Assembly (NCBI GenBank): GCA_903913915.1
Contig: CAIWNE010000033.1
Location: 3,620-67,619, forward strand
DNA length: 64,000 nucleotides
Source: an uncultured Opitutia bacterium
Lineage (GTDB): Bacteria > Verrucomicrobiota > Verrucomicrobiia > Opitutales > UBA953
Direction of reading: 5' to 3'
In this document: positions 62,027 through 64,000 of the stretch, piece by piece
Position numbering within the stretch: the stretch's first letter is position 1
How the letters are laid out: each line of letters starts with the position of its first letter
Notes under the pieces: model-generated
Seen by the model: the letters and a program-made list of their open reading frames with translations, nothing else
Database searches by the model: none
What the model was told of the DNA's origin: nothing
Translations under genes and position numbers: made by a program

Positions 62027-62815
62027 TCATCGCTTCCCGAAGAAGCGGACGTAGTCGTAGACGGCGCTGGCGGGCAGCTCGGCGTCGACCGGATCGCCGG
62101 TCTTATGACCGATGTTGGCCGCGATGCAGGAGAGCCAGATTCGCACGTTCCCTGTCCGATATCCGGAGACATCCCAGTCCTGGACCAGTTTTCCCTCGAA
62201 GAAGTATCGGACGTGCTCCGGAGTGAACTCGCAGCCCCAGACGTGGAAATCCTTAGAAAGGTCGGGGGTTTCCACATGCTTCCATCCCTCGATCTTCGGT
62301 CGTTTCCCGGCGGCGTCCTTCGGGTAGCGGATCCATAAGGTCCGGGTGTAATGATCGTGCTGCCAGGAATCCTGCTCGCAGATATCCATCTCATGCAGGC
62401 CGAGGCCGCCGACATGGCCGGGCTTCGTCTCGTCGTAACTGGAAAGCCAGAAGGACGTATGCCAGCCGGCGGTGGCGGGACACTTGAACCGGGCCTCGTA
62501 ATAACCGTAGGCAAACTCCCGCTTCGTGATCAGGCCGCCGCCGGTGTATTCCTTGCCTGCGGACTTCTCCTTCCTGAGGAGAAGATGCAGCTGACCATCC
62601 TTCAGGACGCAGTTGGCGGGCGTCTGCGCGCTCCCCCACCCATGGTCCTGGCGATAGAGCCACTTCGTGTCGTCGACCTTGTCACCGTCGAATTCATCGC
62701 CCCAAGCCAGCTGATAACCAGCGGAGGCGATTTCCCTCACCGAAGGAAGCGGCGATTCCGCACCGGAAAGGGCCAAGAAGAGGAACGTCGGCAGCAGATG
62801 GAACTTAGCCTCCAT
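62027..62815 (-). CDS. Secreted glycoside hydrolase family 16 (beta-glucanase/laminarinase-like)
   Basis: 262 aa with a signal peptide. Contains WGDEFDG and the catalytic ExDxxE motif as HEMDICE. The size and beta-jelly-roll pattern fit GH16. Confidence 0.87.
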   Translation of the reverse strand: MEAKFHLLPTFLFLALSGAESPLPSVREIASAGYQLAWGDEFDGDKVDDTKWLYRQDHGWGSAQTPANCVLKDGQLHLLLRKEKSAGKEYTGGGLITKREFAYGYYEARFKCPATAGWHTSFWLSSYDETKPGHVGGLGLHEMDICEQDSWQHDHYTRTLWIRYPKDAAGKRPKIEGWKHVETPDLSKDFHVWGCEFTPEHVRYFFEGKLVQDWDVSGYRTGNVRIWLSCIAANIGHKTGDPVDAELPASAVYDYVRFFGKR

Positions 62816-62887
62816 GACGGAAGCATCATCCGGCAGAATAAGCCTGAAAAGGCTTAAAATGCGCGAAACCGGCCCATGTGGCTTAGC

Positions 62888-64000
62888 TTACCGGATGAAC
62901 TTGAGCACCTGTTCAGCGAGCAGGGCCATCCCGAGTCCGGAGAAACCGATGAGGGTCTCGGTGATCGTCCACGTGCGCAGGGTCTGCCCGACGGAGAGGC
63001 CGAGGCATTCCTTGACCATCCAGAAGCCGCTGTCGTTGAGGTGCGACAGGAAGAGCGAGCCGCAGCCGATCGAGATCACCATGAGCTCGGGGCTCGTGCC
63101 GGGATGCGTCGCCAGGATGGGGGCGATGAAGCCCGAGGCGACGGTGATGGCGACGGTCGCGGAGCCCGTGGCGACGCGGATGAAGGCCGAGACGAGCCAG
63201 CCGTAGACCAGCAAGGGGAGCCCAGCGGAGGCGGCGATTTCGGCGAGCTGCTTGTCCACGCCGGCCGTACGCATGACGAGCGCGAAGCCGCCGCCGGCTC
63301 CGACCAGGATGAGCGTCATGCCGATGCCGGAGACGCTCTGTTCGGAGAATTTCAGGATCTCGCCCGCGGAGCGTCCGCAGCGGCGGCCGAAGGCCCACAT
63401 CGCGAAAAGCACCGACAGAAGCAGGGCGACGACGGGGTTGCCCACGAAGGTGCCGACCTTGCCCCAGAGGGCTTCCTTGGCCTGCAGGAGTTCGACCAAC
63501 GTGCCCGTGAGCAGCAGGATGACCGGCAACAGGACGGTGAAAAGCGTGATGCCGAACGTCGGCAAGGTCTGGCCGGCGGACACCGACGGGACGAACTCCG
63601 GCGTGGCGACATCGACCCGTTTCACGGCAAGCTTGGCGAAGAACGGACCGGCGATGGCGGCGACGGGAATCCCCAGCACCAGCGCCCAGAGGATCACCTT
63701 GCCCATGTCCGCATGGAGGGCGTCGATCGCGATGACGGGACCCGGGTGCGGCGGCATCAGGCCGTGCATCACGGAAAGGAACGAGAGCAGCGGCAGGACG
63801 AGCCGCAGGAACGGCTGGCCGGTCTCCTTGGCGAGCGTGATCACGATCGGCAGGATCAGCAGCAGGCCGACGGCGAACCAGGTCGTCATGCCCACGCAGA
63901 GCGCGAGCAGGATGATGCAGAGGCCGATACGCGAAGGCCCGAGCGTGCGGATGAACTGCTTGGCGAGGACCCCTGCCCCGCCCGACTCGGCGAGCAGCTT
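62888..64000 (-). CDS. GntP-family (gluconate:H+ symporter-type) permease, 5' end outside window
   Basis: The frame stays open to the window edge, with 64000 in frame with stop TAA at 62888-62890. It is polytopic and carries GntP signatures: HGLMPPHPGP, LILVGAGGGF, SHLNDSGFWMVKE. Confidence 0.85.
   Translation of the reverse strand, partial: KLLAESGGAGVLAKQFIRTLGPSRIGLCIILLALCVGMTTWFAVGLLLILPIVITLAKETGQPFLRLVLPLLSFLSVMHGLMPPHPGPVIAIDALHADMGKVILWALVLGIPVAAIAGPFFAKLAVKRVDVATPEFVPSVSAGQTLPTFGITLFTVLLPVILLLTGTLVELLQAKEALWGKVGTFVGNPVVALLLSVLFAMWAFGRRCGRSAGEILKFSEQSVSGIGMTLILVGAGGGFALVMRTAGVDKQLAEIAASAGLPLLVYGWLVSAFIRVATGSATVAITVASGFIAPILATHPGTSPELMVISIGCGSLFLSHLNDSGFWMVKECLGLSVGQTLRTWTITETLIGFSGLGMALLAEQVLKFIR

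Noticed and set aside
62816-62887. A short hairpin aagcc-N6-ggctt between the GntP and GH16 genes, considered as a terminator.
   Set aside because: The stem is only 5 bp and AT-containing, with no convincing T-tract. The two genes may well be co-transcribed.

Overview
High-GC bacterial chromosomal window, roughly two-thirds G+C by eye. The gene content points to the PVC superphylum, most likely a Verrucomicrobiota/Opitutales-like organism: PSD1/DUF1553 + DUF1501 gene pairs, a PEP-CTERM sorting signal and a PATR ('autotransporter-associated beta strand') repeat protein.

The dominant feature is one uninterrupted 35,946-nt gene on the minus strand (24876..60821), covering 56% of the window. It encodes a protein of about 11,981 aa with a Sec signal peptide, wall-to-wall PATR/beta-helix repeats and a C-terminal PEP-CTERM anchor. 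At least 13-15 copies of a distinct ~55-60-aa insert module are scattered through the repeats. The gene looks transcriptionally insulated. It has its own AT-rich upstream island (about 27-30% GC by hand count) carrying helically phased direct repeats, and a strong intrinsic terminator downstream.

Left of the giant gene lie:
- a class-I aminotransferase
- a PSD1 (LamG + planctomycete cytochrome c + DUF1549/DUF1553) / DUF1501 pair
- a heme block (hemH; hemF-hemE)
- a YugP-like protein with a degenerate HExxH motif
- a polytopic-membrane/SRPBCC fusion
- an array of six paralogous small exported helical proteins, interrupted by an antisense N-formylglutamate-amidohydrolase-family gene
- a LamG protein
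- a two-gene putative extracytosolic redox module: an exported FAD oxidoreductase, followed by a fused 2xFMN_bind / NapH-like CX3CP membrane core / ApbE flavin transferase
- a metallophosphoesterase

Right of the giant gene lie an SGNH hydrolase, a GH16 glycosidase and a partial GntP permease.

Intergenic regions at 154-420, 6725-7078 and 8111-8471 carry a mosaic REP/MITE-like repeat family.

I recognised no rRNA, tRNA, CRISPR array, transposase or integrase. Most long overlapping ORFs in the six-frame track are high-GC shadow ORFs, including a 5,525-aa ORF antisense to the giant gene.
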